A stretch of DNA of 64,000 bases from a bacterium (GCA_027310965.1 DAICZW010000001.1:37236-101235); one strand, 5' to 3'; numbered from the stretch's first letter, positions 9,316-19,159 are shown. Made by a program: numbers and translations. Notes: a model not told the origin generated them from the sequence alone.

Positions 9316-10341
9316 TTAAATATCCAGATCTCCTTTCGCGGCGAGCTTATATTTTTTTTTGCGGAGGAACGCCATAAAGCCGGCGGTGGCAATCATCGCG
9401 GCATTGTCCTGGTTATACGCGGCGTCGGGAACGAAAAACGCGCAGCCGATCCTTTCGGATTCTTTCTTAAGCGTTTTCCGGAGAAGTTTGTTCGACGCGA
9501 CGCCGCCGGAAAGCAGAACCGATCGCGCACCGTATTCTTTCGCCGCGCGGATCGTTTTTGCGGCAAGGACATCGACGGCGGCCTGCTGGAACGAAGCGGC
9601 GACATCGGCGCCGTCCGCATTTTTATGGCTGCGCAAATAATAGAGCACGGCGGTCTTCAGTCCCGAAAAGCTGAAATCATAGTTTTTGTCGCGCATCATC
9701 GGCCGGGGAAAATCAATCGCGCGCGCGTCGCCCTTGCGCGCAATCTTTTCTATTTCCGGGCCGCCCGGGTAGGGGAGCTCCAACAGCCGCGCAACCTTAT
9801 CGAATGCTTCGCCGGCGGCATCGTCGCGCGTTTCGCCGAGCCGTTTCCATTTTTCGAATGTATCCATCTTGAGGACGATCGTATGTCCGCCGCTTGCAAT
9901 CAGAGCGACGGCGGGGAAAAGAGCCGGACGGCGCGCGGCGGGTGATGTACGATGCGCGGGAAGTAAAAAACTGTACAGGTGTCCTTCGAGGTGGTTTGCG
10001 CCGATAAGAGGTTTCTTCAATCGTGCGGCGAGTTCTTCCGCGAAATTGATGCCGGTCCAGAGCGCCGGTTCAAGTCCGGGCCCGACGGTGACGGCGACGA
10101 GATCGACGGAATTGAGCATCGAGCATCGAGCATTTAGTTTTTTGAGGAGCAGCGGAAGATTTTTGATGTGTTCCCGTTTCGCGAGATTGGGAACGACGCC
10201 GCCGAACGGGCGGTGAATCTTTATCTGCGACGCAACCAGACTTTTTAAAATTTTGAATTTCGGATTCCGCAATCCGCCCGTCGCTTCCACCAGGGCAACG
10301 CCGGTTTCGTCGCAGCTTGTTTCAATGGCGAGAATGCGCAT
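9316..10341 (-). CDS. tsaD: tRNA N6-threonylcarbamoyltransferase TsaD
   Basis: Start MRILAIETSCDET at 10341; HLEGH, DDAAGEAFDK, FSFSGLKT and DNAAMIA motifs. Confidence 0.97.
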   Translation of the reverse strand: MRILAIETSCDETGVALVEATGGLRNPKFKILKSLVASQIKIHRPFGGVVPNLAKREHIKNLPLLLKKLNARCSMLNSVDLVAVTVGPGLEPALWTGINFAEELAARLKKPLIGANHLEGHLYSFLLPAHRTSPAARRPALFPAVALIASGGHTIVLKMDTFEKWKRLGETRDDAAGEAFDKVARLLELPYPGGPEIEKIARKGDARAIDFPRPMMRDKNYDFSFSGLKTAVLYYLRSHKNADGADVAASFQQAAVDVLAAKTIRAAKEYGARSVLLSGGVASNKLLRKTLKKESERIGCAFFVPDAAYNQDNAAMIATAGFMAFLRKKKYKLAAKGDLDI

Positions 10342-10399
10342 GATGTTTTTACGGATAAAACCCGGCGGTCGCAAAATTTGCGTGCACGCCGATCTTTCT

Positions 10400-10891
10400 T
10401 TATTCTTCCGACGATTTTTTATGCCGGGGCGCAAAATGGATATGCATAAAACTGTCGATGCCGAGGTAGCTGCCGGCGTTCGCGGCGACCAATACCAAAA
10501 GGCATACGATGATAAGGATTTCGTCATTGATAAATTGCGACGCGCTCACGGCGGAAAAATTTACAGTGGGTAAATAGCCCGCAAGCGTGAGGCCGATGCC
10601 GATAATGGACGCGAGACGGGTAAAGAGCCCTATGACGAGGCACGCGCCGATGATAAGGAATGCCCACTGGAAATAGAGCTGGACATGGCTTACCGGGATT
10701 GCCGTCGGCGCGCCGCTGCTCAGCCATTGATAGAGGCTTGCGAACGATCGCGCGCCGAGTTCACGTCCGAGCGGGACGTTAAAGATCGTACTGAAGCCGA
10801 GATAAAAAAAATTCAAACCGAGCGTGAGCCGCAGGAAAAAAATGACAAGCCGCAGGGAATGGGAAATTTTTGATTTGGCGGCGTTTTTCAT
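10400..10891 (-). CDS. DoxX-family membrane protein
   Basis: LRL.LG..F...G and G.CLVIGLFTRLA motifs, ending G...GID. Confidence 0.8.
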   Translation of the reverse strand: MKNAAKSKISHSLRLVIFFLRLTLGLNFFYLGFSTIFNVPLGRELGARSFASLYQWLSSGAPTAIPVSHVQLYFQWAFLIIGACLVIGLFTRLASIIGIGLTLAGYLPTVNFSAVSASQFINDEILIIVCLLVLVAANAGSYLGIDSFMHIHFAPRHKKSSEE

Positions 10892-10938
10892 GGATGATTA
10901 TGGTACAATGATAACATTATAACAAATATTTTACATCA

Positions 10939-11481
10939 ATGGAAAATCATAAAAAACATTCGCTTGGCCATCGCGCGTTCATTTTTTTCCTTTCAAAGCG
11001 CCTCAAGATCCCGTTCTTTATGTTTATACTTGTGGCGGTGTTTTGGTATACCGAACGATGGATTCCGTCGGGTCCATCGTTTTTTATATGGCAGATAGGG
11101 CAGGACTATATTACGAAGTTTTTTCTTCTTATGAGTATCGCGTATCTTGTTTTAGTGCTCGTGCGGACTTACCTGGAATATCGCTATTATACGTACGTTT
11201 TCACGGAGGAAGCGTTCGTGATGACGTCCGGTTATATTATGCGGAGCGAGGTTGCGGCGCTGTACCATCAGATCCAGAACGTGAATATCAATCGTGGCAT
11301 TCTCGACCGGCTTTCGGGCGTGAGCCATGTCGTCATTTTTATGACGGGTTCCGAGAGGGGCAATACGCACAATAAGATCGTCTTGCCGGCAGTAGGGAGA
11401 GCTAAGGCGAAACTGGTACAGAAGGAATTGCTCGTTCGCGCGCGCAATCATATCGCGCATGAATCCCCGCGGCCGGAGTAG
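10939..11481 (+). CDS. Membrane protein with bacterial PH (bPH_2) domain
   Basis: Two TM helices, then Y....G.......Y.QIQNV...GILDRL.G. Confidence 0.82.
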   Translation: MENHKKHSLGHRAFIFFLSKRLKIPFFMFILVAVFWYTERWIPSGPSFFIWQIGQDYITKFFLLMSIAYLVLVLVRTYLEYRYYTYVFTEEAFVMTSGYIMRSEVAALYHQIQNVNINRGILDRLSGVSHVVIFMTGSERGNTHNKIVLPAVGRAKAKLVQKELLVRARNHIAHESPRPE

Positions 11482-11503
11482 GGAATCCGCATAAGATTTC
11501 TTT

Positions 11504-11620
11504 AGAACCCGTCTCAAAAATAGCTTTTATAAAACTCCCGTGGGTTTCGTGGTGTTTAATGAAATTTTGTTTTGAAAAAAATCTTCGCGGTATTTGATGG
11601 CCTATTTGAGGCAAGTGTCG
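11504..11620. mobile_element. Degenerate family A MITE copy
   Basis: Begins AGAACCCGTCTCAAAAATAGCTTTT, the reverse complement of the family A right end. Confidence 0.5.
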
Positions 11621-11757
11621 AGTTTTATAAAAAAGAAAAGGGCTCGCCGCGTAAATATGCGGAGAGCCCTGTGAAAAAAATCGCACGATGCGATGGATTG
11701 AATGGATCAATATCCGCCTCAACAGAGGCAAAAAATAAAAATATATTGGTCGGGCGT

Positions 11758-12471
11758 TCAAGGTTCCATTTGCTGCGGGACGGACACGGACGCCGAGCCG
11801 TATTCTTCGAATGCGCTGTCGATAACGATCGCGCAGAACCTCACCTCGTCGTCGAGGAAAAAGAAACACGGTGCTTCATTAAACGTGCCATTGGCGCTAC
11901 AGCTGAATTCGTCTCCTGCGCAGTTGATATAAAGATCATCGCCGTGCTTGAGACGTTCGGGATGCGTGAGAAGCATAATCCCGGTGGCGAATACGCCGAG
12001 GCCGGATTCGAAGGTATTCATAATTATGCGTGCCTTACGAATCGAGCGGCCCCTATGATGCCATCCGAACTGAGCCGCAATGACGAGGAAGTCATAATTC
12101 TTCTGTTCTCCGCCGAGTTTCCGGAATATTTTTTCCGACTTTTCGGATTGGCGGAGATGTCGCTGACCGAGCTGGCCATCACGATAGTTGTAGAATCTGC
12201 CGTTGCGAGCCTCCTTAATCCTGTCGAGCACCATCTGTACCGCTTCGTTGTAGGTTTTGGCCATCGTCTGCCACTTCGGGACGGCGAACCATCCTTCGGT
12301 GTTCGGCGGAAGCGGCCGTTCGGCAATTGTCTCGTCGGCGAAACCGATGCCGGGGAAAAGCTGATGTAAGATGTTTGTCTGTTCGGTGATGCTTTTCGGT
12401 TTGTAGCCTGAGAAGTATCCATAACCGGATTCCACCTCTTCTTCTTCGGCGAATTGTGCTTCTTGTGTCAT
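11758..12471 (-). CDS. Hypothetical protein
   Basis: Strong RBS (GAGGAGG) before the MTQEAQF start at 12471; long open frame. Confidence 0.7.
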   Translation of the reverse strand: MTQEAQFAEEEEVESGYGYFSGYKPKSITEQTNILHQLFPGIGFADETIAERPLPPNTEGWFAVPKWQTMAKTYNEAVQMVLDRIKEARNGRFYNYRDGQLGQRHLRQSEKSEKIFRKLGGEQKNYDFLVIAAQFGWHHRGRSIRKARIIMNTFESGLGVFATGIMLLTHPERLKHGDDLYINCAGDEFSCSANGTFNEAPCFFFLDDEVRFCAIVIDSAFEEYGSASVSVPQQMEP

Positions 12472-12778
12472 TACTACCTCCTCTTTTTTGGAATTACCGG
12501 ATGCCCTCCGGTTGGAGAAACGCCTCGATATGAGACGAGTATTCAAAGGGCTTGCGCGACCCGCTGAACACTCATCTCATATACAGACAGATAAAAACCT
12601 TGCATTTTTTTCAGTTGTCAAAGAGCGGATGTATTATAACTATGTATAGCAGAGTCGTCAATCGCGTTGCGCAAATTCAATCTTGAATTGCATTATTGAC
12701 GGCGGCGTTTCTGACGACTGGATTTTCGGCCGAAATACATAATCAAAGCAACAGATCTTTCATGAAGGATCTTTTTCC

Positions 12779-12806
12779 TTGACAATCACAGAGCGGCGGC
12801 TATACT
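12779..12806 (+). promoter_or_regulatory. rplJL promoter
   Basis: TTGACA-16nt-TATACT. Confidence 0.75.
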
Positions 12807-12818
12807 TATGAAGTAATT

Positions 12819-12908
12819 CCAAAGACAGCAGGTTGTGCCGGACACGGAAATCCTGCCGAGGAATAAACGGAAGGCGTTCGCTTTCGGTTTATTTCAACGA
12901 CCTTTGGA
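12819..12908 (+). promoter_or_regulatory. Ribosomal protein L10 leader
   Basis: CCAAAGACAGCAGG...ATCCTGCCGAGG...CCTTTGG kink-turn-type leader upstream of rplJ. Confidence 0.75.
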
Positions 12909-12968
12909 TGGGTCGTTTTTTAAATAATACGGCGCGAATCCATTGTAATCCGCATTATCCGTACCAAT

Positions 12969-13490
12969 ATGAAAACAAAAATTCAAAAAACCGAAGAACT
13001 TGCGCGGGCGAAAGAGCTTTTGGAAAAGAGCCGGGCTTTGATATTCACCGATTTCACGAAAGTTCCCGCGGAAGACGTGCGGCGGCTGCGGCGGGAACTC
13101 AAGAAATCCGGCGCGCAATTTTTGGTCATCAAGAAGCGCCTTTTGTCCCTGCTTTTGAAAGAGAAGGGGATTGCCGCCGATCTTACACAGTTCAAGACGT
13201 CGGTCGGAACCGTTTTTTCCGAAAATGACATCGAGCGCGCGACCGCCCCCGCGTTCAAGTTCTTTTCCGCGCTTGAAATTCCCGAAGGATCGCCGAAGGA
13301 CATGTGGATCAAGCACCTTTTGGGCGGCTATGACATGGCGAAGAACAGTTCGTTCGATACCGCGCAGATCGTTTTCATCGGAAAGCTCCCGCCGCGCGAA
13401 GTGCTGTTGTCCCGGCTTTTGGGAACGCTCGCCGGTCCCATCAGATCGCTGTTATACGTGTTGGATGAAAAAGTAAAAAGGTCGAGCTAA
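12969..13490 (+). CDS. rplJ: 50S ribosomal protein L10
   Basis: LR..L......F.V.KKRL and [10 protein letters not shown] motifs; precedes rplL. Confidence 0.93.
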   Translation: MKTKIQKTEELARAKELLEKSRALIFTDFTKVPAEDVRRLRRELKKSGAQFLVIKKRLLSLLLKEKGIAADLTQFKTSVGTVFSENDIERATAPAFKFFSALEIPEGSPKDMWIKHLLGGYDMAKNSSFDTAQIVFIGKLPPREVLLSRLLGTLAGPIRSLLYVLDEKVKRSS

Positions 13491-13509
13491 CGCAAGCATT
13501 ATTATTCCA

Positions 13510-13875
13510 ATGGCAAATAATTTAGAAGATATCATTACAAAGATAGAAACCTTGAGCGCGGTGGAGCTCGCGGAGCTCGTGCATAAGCTTGAAGAGAAGT
13601 TCGGCATCTCTGCGGCGGCTCCGGTCGCGGCGGCGGGTGCGGCGGCTCCGGCGGAGGACGAGAAGACCAGCTTTAACGTTCTTTTGAAATCGAGCGGCGA
13701 AAGCAAATTGAATGTCATCAAAGTCGTTCGTGAAGTGACGGCGCTTGGCCTCAAGGAAGCGAAGGATCTGGTGGATGCCGCTCCGAAAGTGGTGAAAGAG
13801 GGACTGAAGAAAGAGGAAGCGGAAGAGATAAAGAAAAAACTTGAAGCTGCCGGCGCGACGGTCGAGCTGCAGTAA
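13510..13875 (+). CDS. rplL: 50S ribosomal protein L7/L12
   Basis: [40 protein letters not shown]. Confidence 0.98.
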   Translation: MANNLEDIITKIETLSAVELAELVHKLEEKFGISAAAPVAAAGAAAPAEDEKTSFNVLLKSSGESKLNVIKVVREVTALGLKEAKDLVDAAPKVVKEGLKKEEAEEIKKKLEAAGATVELQ

Positions 13876-13956
13876 GGAGAGGAAATTATTATCCGAGCCA
13901 GCTCTTTTTTGTCTGTTTTTTTTCTGTCATCCTCGCGGAGGCGATGGCAGACCCGC

Positions 13957-14001
13957 AACAAAACCGTCCCGATGCGCATCGGGACGGTTTTGTTTTGTGT
14001 T
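13957..14001 (+). terminator. rplJL intrinsic terminator
   Basis: ACAAAACCGTCCCGATGCGCATCGGGACGGTTTTGTTTTGT hairpin with T tract. Confidence 0.8.
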
Positions 14002-14049
14002 ATACTGTACACTGATATTAAACAAAAGGTCGGTTATCATTTTACGCTC

Positions 14050-14250
14050 ATGGAAGAAATAAAAAATCAGGAAAATAAAAGTTTTTGGAGGAAATTCAAC
14101 CCGCCGTTGAAAGAGCTTGAGGAGCGGCATCCGAATATCAGCATTTTGGAATTGTGGTGGGCGTGGTATTGGCGATTGGCGGTGCTCGTGATCGGCGTTT
14201 GCGTTATTTTCTTCGTCATTGCGCTGGTACTTTCGTTGTTCACGAAATAA
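14050..14250 (+). CDS. Small membrane protein
   Basis: MEEIKNQENKSFW...WWAWYWR followed by a hydrophobic helix. Confidence 0.6.
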   Translation: MEEIKNQENKSFWRKFNPPLKELEERHPNISILELWWAWYWRLAVLVIGVCVIFFVIALVLSLFTK

Positions 14251-14258
14251 TTTCATAT

Positions 14259-14424
14259 AGGACTTACGCGTTTGAAAAAATATTTTTAAAACGTCGGATG
14301 TTTCAAACCGCAACGGCTTGGCTCGTTCCTTCATTATTTTCCTGCGGTTTTCATCGCCGTAGTCGGACTACGGCTCAGAAAATCCTCGGGAAATGCCTCG
14401 TGCTTGGCCAAGCGCGTACGTCCT
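14259..14424. mobile_element. MITE-like element, family C (TIR AGGACKTACGCGYTTG)
   Basis: AGGACTTACGCGTTTG ... CAAGCGCGTACGTCCT, TA-flanked. Related ends occur at about 4483-4515, 26032-26142 and 48835-48847. Confidence 0.65.
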
Positions 14425-14601
14425 ATAAAAAATTGAGATTCATGCGCATCATTGCGCTTTTAAGCGACGATTTCCTTTAATCGATTGAAGAAATCGTTAT
14501 TTTAACTTATGCTTTTACAGCAGGTGTTTTTACCGTTTTTTCCTGTATCGCTTGCATTATGGCGCCGGGCGGAAGGAAAATTTTTAATTGCGCATCATGC
14601 C

Positions 14602-14781
14602 GCGTCTTTAGCTCAGCGGTAGAGCGTTTTGTTCACAACCCGCCTGCCGAAGCGTGCATAGCTCAGTGGTTAGAGCGCTCCGTTCACATCGGAGAGGTCC
14701 CTGGTTCGATTCCAGGTGCGCGCACAAAATTTCGCAGCGGGCAGGTCGGAGAAGCCGCAGGTTTGATCCCCGTAAGACGCA
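14602..14781 (+). pseudogene. Split, decayed outer tRNA-Val(CAC), interrupted at position 37/38
   Basis: 5' half GCGTCTT-TA-GCTC-AGCGGTA-GAGC-G-TTTTG-TTCACA (14602-14637). 3' half T-CGGAG-AAGCC-GCAGG-TTTGATC-CCCGT-AAGACGC-A (14746-14781). Acceptor stem is perfect; anticodon and T stems are weakened. Confidence 0.75.
14652..14724 (+). tRNA. tRNA-Val(CAC), intact, nested inside the outer tRNA
   Basis: Full cloverleaf: GCGTGCA/TGCGCGC, CTCCG-TTCACAT-CGGAG, CCTGG-TTCGATT-CCAGG. Confidence 0.95.
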
Positions 14782-14793
14782 CCCAATTATTAA

Positions 14794-15171
14794 ATGACTA
14801 AAAAAATGGCTAAAAATTTTTCCGATAATTTCAGGGCCGCTTTCAGCGGGTTCAGGGAGACGGTGATTTTCGAAAAGAGTTTTAAAATAATGCTCGTCAT
14901 AACCGCGCTCGTGGCGGCCGCCATGTTTTATTTTCCCACTTCGCGACTGGAAAAAATAATACTCCTGCTCACGATTTTTGCCGTGCTTATTCTGGAGCTC
15001 ATCAATACGACCGTTGAAAGGATTATGGACGTGATAGTCCCCGAACACGACAACAGGGTGAGAATCATCAAAGATTTGATGGCCGCCATAGTGCTCCTCG
15101 CGAGCTGCGGCGCCGCTCTTGTCGGCATTTTGGTTTTCCTCCCGTATATTTTGAATTTATTCGCGCACTGA
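14794..15171 (+). CDS. dgkA: Diacylglycerol/undecaprenol kinase
   Basis: AFSG......E..F, ELINT.VE..MD and IKDL.AA.VL motifs. Confidence 0.9.
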   Translation: MTKKMAKNFSDNFRAAFSGFRETVIFEKSFKIMLVITALVAAAMFYFPTSRLEKIILLLTIFAVLILELINTTVERIMDVIVPEHDNRVRIIKDLMAAIVLLASCGAALVGILVFLPYILNLFAH

Positions 15172-15408
15172 TGCCGCCGGCGTGCGGGCGCGCAGGATGT
15201 TTTATTCGAATAATCCCGAATTTAAGCCGGATAAATAAGATACAGCGAATAGAAGTTATATAAAAAATAGGCCTCATTGCTGAGGCCTATAAAATCAACA
15301 GTTAGATAGAAGATGATACTGAATGTAGTATAACATATCCATAATTTCTGTCACGCAACACAAGAGCGCAGTTCGCGGATATGACGGGTTCCGGGATATA
15401 CTGTATTC

Positions 15409-15918
15409 ATGCAGGAATACGTGACCGAAGCAATCGTTTTGAGAAAGCAGGCGGTGGGGGATTGCGATTTCCGCTATGCTCTTTTTACGCGCCGTTTCGG
15501 GAAGATGGTGGCGAAAGCGAAAAGCGCGCGGAAAATCGCATCGAAGCTCGCCGGGCATCTGGAGCCGGGAAATATCGTACGTGCGCGGCTCATCGAAAGG
15601 AACGGCTTGCTGATTGCGGATGCGCTCAAAGAGACGCGGCTCGGCGTATCGCTTGCGGATCTTTCTTTTTTGTCGGATCTTTTACCTGAAAGAGAAGCGG
15701 AGCCGGATCTTTGGGCGGCGTGCGCCGCCGGAAAATTCGCGCGGCGCGATATCCTTCGCGCGCTTGGCTGGGATCCGGATTATGCCGCATGCGCCACATG
15801 CGATTCCCGTGCAATATATTTTTTTAATGTTTCCAGTCAGGATTTTTTTTGCCGGCGCTGCATCGGGAGCTATCTCAAGAACAAGCCGCGCGCCGCCCAT
15901 ATCTATTCTTTACTATAA
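15409..15918 (+). CDS. recO: DNA repair protein RecO (short form)
   Basis: TEAIVL....GD.D...LFT..FGK....AKSARKI.SKLAGHLEP plus CxxC...CxxC. Confidence 0.88.
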   Translation: MQEYVTEAIVLRKQAVGDCDFRYALFTRRFGKMVAKAKSARKIASKLAGHLEPGNIVRARLIERNGLLIADALKETRLGVSLADLSFLSDLLPEREAEPDLWAACAAGKFARRDILRALGWDPDYAACATCDSRAIYFFNVSSQDFFCRRCIGSYLKNKPRAAHIYSLL

Positions 15919-15991
15919 CAATTAGACATTCCATTTTTGCCGAGCTTGATTGAACCGGTGTTTTATCTCTGAGATGATGTAGTATAATAGT

Positions 15992-16663
15992 ATGATGCGT
16001 AAAAAAGTGGTGCTGTTCGATTTTGACGGGACGATTGCGGCGACCGTGCAGGCGGGTATCGATGTCTTCAATGAAATGGCGCGCGAGCAGGGTTTTTCGG
16101 AAGTAACGCCGGACAACATCCCGATGCTCAGGGAAAAAGGAGTGCGGCAAGCCGCGCAGGAATTGGGGATTCCGAGATTAAAAATACCGATGGTCGTGAG
16201 CCGGCTGAGAAAAGGAGTGCAGTCGCGGATTGCCGCGATCGCACCCATGCCCGGCATGAAGCAAATTCTCCTTGCGCTCAAGAAGAGCGGCTGTGAACTC
16301 GGGATTGTCACGTCCAACTCAAAGAGGAATGTTCTCGCATTTCTCAAAAACAACCAGCTGGAAATTTTCGATTACATCAATGCCGGCAGCGGCGTTTTTT
16401 ATAAGGCGCGCGCGATACGGCATACGGTCGAAAGCAACGGCCTCGAAGATCATGAGATAATTTTCGTCGGGGATGAGATCAGGGATGTTGTCGCGGCGAG
16501 GAAGAATAAGATCACGGTTATTGCGGTCGCATGGGAAACTAATTCGAAAAAAGGATTGGAAGAGGCGGGCGCCGATTTCGTCGCCGGCACCCCCGAAGAG
16601 CTTGCGGCGCTTCTTGCTGATTTTTCCGAGATGACGTCGGAAGAAATGGAATACAGTATTTAG
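15992..16663 (+). CDS. HAD-family phosphatase (phosphoglycolate phosphatase-like)
   Basis: FDFDGT, TSN and VGDE.RD motifs. Confidence 0.9.
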   Translation: MMRKKVVLFDFDGTIAATVQAGIDVFNEMAREQGFSEVTPDNIPMLREKGVRQAAQELGIPRLKIPMVVSRLRKGVQSRIAAIAPMPGMKQILLALKKSGCELGIVTSNSKRNVLAFLKNNQLEIFDYINAGSGVFYKARAIRHTVESNGLEDHEIIFVGDEIRDVVAARKNKITVIAVAWETNSKKGLEEAGADFVAGTPEELAALLADFSEMTSEEMEYSI

Positions 16664-16716
16664 TATTTAGAATATAGAATTCTGAATTTTACCTACTAAA
16701 TTCTAAATACTATATT

Positions 16717-17157
16717 CTATATTTTATTTTGCCGCATCTCGCGGATGTGCGCGCGCTTTTTCAGATCCTCGCGCCGATCGGAAGTTCGCTTCATGCGGCC
16801 GAGACCCAGTTCTATTTTTATGAAACCACGCTTGAGGTAGACGCGCAGGGGAATAAGCATGCGCCCTTTTTCGTTAAGCGCCCCCGTGAATTTTTTAATT
16901 TCGTCTTTCCGCAAAAGCAACCGGCGCGCCCGGTCTTCTTCGTAATTTGCCGGTGCGTTTTTCGGCTGATAGGGAGGGATATGCGCATTCACGAGCCATA
17001 CTTCGCCGCCGCGGATAAGCGCCCGCGCGCCCGCGATCTGAAACCGGCCGCCTTTCGCGCTTTTCACTTCCTGTCCGGTGAGTTCAATGCCTGCTTCGGC
17101 GGCCATTTCGATTTCATAATCGTGCCGCGCCCGCCGGTTTTCCGCAATGTCGTCCAT
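16717..17157 (-). CDS. smpB: SsrA-binding protein
   Basis: NRRARHDY, EAGIELTGQEVKS, R.R.LLL.K.EI. Confidence 0.96.
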   Translation of the reverse strand: MDDIAENRRARHDYEIEMAAEAGIELTGQEVKSAKGGRFQIAGARALIRGGEVWLVNAHIPPYQPKNAPANYEEDRARRLLLRKDEIKKFTGALNEKGRMLIPLRVYLKRGFIKIELGLGRMKRTSDRREDLKKRAHIREMRQNKI

Positions 17158-17181
17158 GAAACAATTATGGACGAAGATTGC

Positions 17182-17210
17182 TTGACAAGCAAATTATAAT
17201 TGCTGATACT
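17182..17210 (+). promoter_or_regulatory. Promoter upstream of the zinc-finger mini-protein
   Basis: TTGACA-17nt-GATACT, with a TATAAT inside the spacer; AGGAGGT RBS downstream. Confidence 0.55.
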
Positions 17211-17256
17211 AAAGCCAGTGCAGTCTTCATAACTTAAAAAAATAGGAGGTGGTTTT

Positions 17257-17484
17257 ATGGGAACTTTAATGGGAACTTTGAAGGATAATTCGAGGTGGAA
17301 GTGGAAGGAGTGGAAGGAATGTAATAAGTGTTCCGGCAAGGGCCAGATAAAATGCCTCAATTGTGGCGGTACCGGCAAGCGCCAATACGGTATTGATAGT
17401 TATAATTGCGCGCAGTGTGGCGGAAGCGGAACCGTGACCTGCCGTGTTTGTGGCGGCGGAGGTCGTGTCGCTATCGCCGGATAA
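17257..17484 (+). CDS. Stand-alone DnaJ-type CxxCxGxG zinc-finger protein
   Basis: Four repeats (CNKCSGKG, CLNCGGTG, CAQCGGSG, CRVCGGGG) and a strong RBS. Confidence 0.8.
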   Translation: MGTLMGTLKDNSRWKWKEWKECNKCSGKGQIKCLNCGGTGKRQYGIDSYNCAQCGGSGTVTCRVCGGGGRVAIAG

Positions 17485-17692
17485 ATATTACGCGCTCTCG
17501 ATTTTATTGGGAGCGCATTTTTTATTCTTCCCTTCCGCGGTATGCGCCGCGATGCCGGACAATGGAATCACGATTACGCCGCGTATTTTATTTCCATTAT
17601 GGCGCTGCGATTTTGATTTGCTTATTTTTTGTAAAAATGTATAATAAATTCGGTTATTTGCTCTTCACAATTTAATATAAAAGGAGGTTTTT

Positions 17693-19159
17693 ATGGTAGG
17701 AAAGGACGCACAAGTTGAGCCAAAAAACGTAAAGGTGTTTATTGTTGACCGATCTCTTTTGCTTCACGATCCGAAATCCATCCTGAGTTTTCAGGACAAT
17801 ATTGTTGTTGTTCCGGCTTCTGTCCTTGATGAACTTATAAACGGCGGAAACGGAGCGGCGGCATATGCCCAGCAAGCCATCAGGATTCTCGATTCATTAT
17901 GCGAGAAAGAAAGCGATCTTTATCATGGCGTGAAAACGGCTTCGGGAGGACTTATTCTTGTGGATCATCATGGATATGTTCCGCGCCGTTTTTCTTTGCC
18001 GGATGATGCGCCTTACAGTTCCATTATCAGCATTGCGTTGAAATGGACGCTGAGGGAGGAATGGACGCGGAAGGTGAAAGCCCGCGGCAGCGAGCATGAT
18101 ATCGTCACGGTGTTCTCAAAAAATTTTCACATCACGGCCGTATCTATCGTCACAAAGGATGTTAAGCTTCGGGTCAAAGCTCACGGATATGACGTCTCTT
18201 CGGAAGATTACCTAAAGGGCAGGGTCGTTGAGCCGGATAGCCATCTTTACTCCGGCATTATCCATATCCCGATCGATAAGGGAGATTTCGGTGACGTGAG
18301 CCGGTTGATTTGTAATGGAGGCGGCCTTCGCGAAGATCTTAAAAAAATGGTTTCGATTCCCCGCGTTATTCCGAATCAATGTTGCGTTTTTTCTGCGGGC
18401 GACGAGGAACGCCTTTCCATTTACAAAGAAAGCGAGGGCACCCCTCATTTTATTCACGTTCCAAAGCCAAGACCAAAGCCGAAAGAAAAAGAAGAGAAGC
18501 GCCAGGATATTGAGCCCCGCAACAGAGAGCAGGCGCTCGCTCTTGCCCTTCTTATGGATCCGGCCGTGGAGATTGTGACGCTCGCGGGCGTTGCGGGAAG
18601 CGGGAAGACGCTCATGGCTCTTCTTGCGGGAATCCGTCAGGTAGATAAAAAACTTTATGAACGGATTATCGTCTATCGTTCCAACGTCGAGATCGGGCAG
18701 CCACTGGGTTTTTTACCCGGTTCTCTTGACGAGAAATTTGCTCCATGGAAACGTCCGATTCATGATCTCCTGCGCCTTTTCCCAAGGAACAGCGAACCGG
18801 AAGTTTCAAAGAAGAAGAGATCGTCCGATCCAAAAGACCCTCTTTTGGGAAGGAATATCGAAATTGAACCGATCAATTTCATCCAAGGGAGGACGCTTTA
18901 TAAAACGTATGTCATCGTAGACGAAACCCAAAATTTCCGCCCCGCGGACTTGAAAAAAATGATCACCCGCGTCGGGGAAGGCACGAAGATCGTCTTAACC
19001 GGCGACATCGACCAGGTCGAGAATTCTTATCTCGACGCGATGTCGAACGGATTGACCTACGTCATCGAGAAAATGAAAGGCCAGCCGCTTTTCGGCCACG
19101 TTACGTTCCCTCGGAGCGTGCGCAGTAAACTTGCAGAGATTGCCGCGACGGTTCTGTAG
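17693..19159 (+). CDS. PhoH-family ATPase with N-terminal PIN domain (PhoH2)
   Basis: PIN-like start, PRNREQ, GVAGSGKT, GFLPG..DEK..PW, RVGEGTKIVLTGD. Confidence 0.93.
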   Translation: MVGKDAQVEPKNVKVFIVDRSLLLHDPKSILSFQDNIVVVPASVLDELINGGNGAAAYAQQAIRILDSLCEKESDLYHGVKTASGGLILVDHHGYVPRRFSLPDDAPYSSIISIALKWTLREEWTRKVKARGSEHDIVTVFSKNFHITAVSIVTKDVKLRVKAHGYDVSSEDYLKGRVVEPDSHLYSGIIHIPIDKGDFGDVSRLICNGGGLREDLKKMVSIPRVIPNQCCVFSAGDEERLSIYKESEGTPHFIHVPKPRPKPKEKEEKRQDIEPRNREQALALALLMDPAVEIVTLAGVAGSGKTLMALLAGIRQVDKKLYERIIVYRSNVEIGQPLGFLPGSLDEKFAPWKRPIHDLLRLFPRNSEPEVSKKKRSSDPKDPLLGRNIEIEPINFIQGRTLYKTYVIVDETQNFRPADLKKMITRVGEGTKIVLTGDIDQVENSYLDAMSNGLTYVIEKMKGQPLFGHVTFPRSVRSKLAEIAATVL

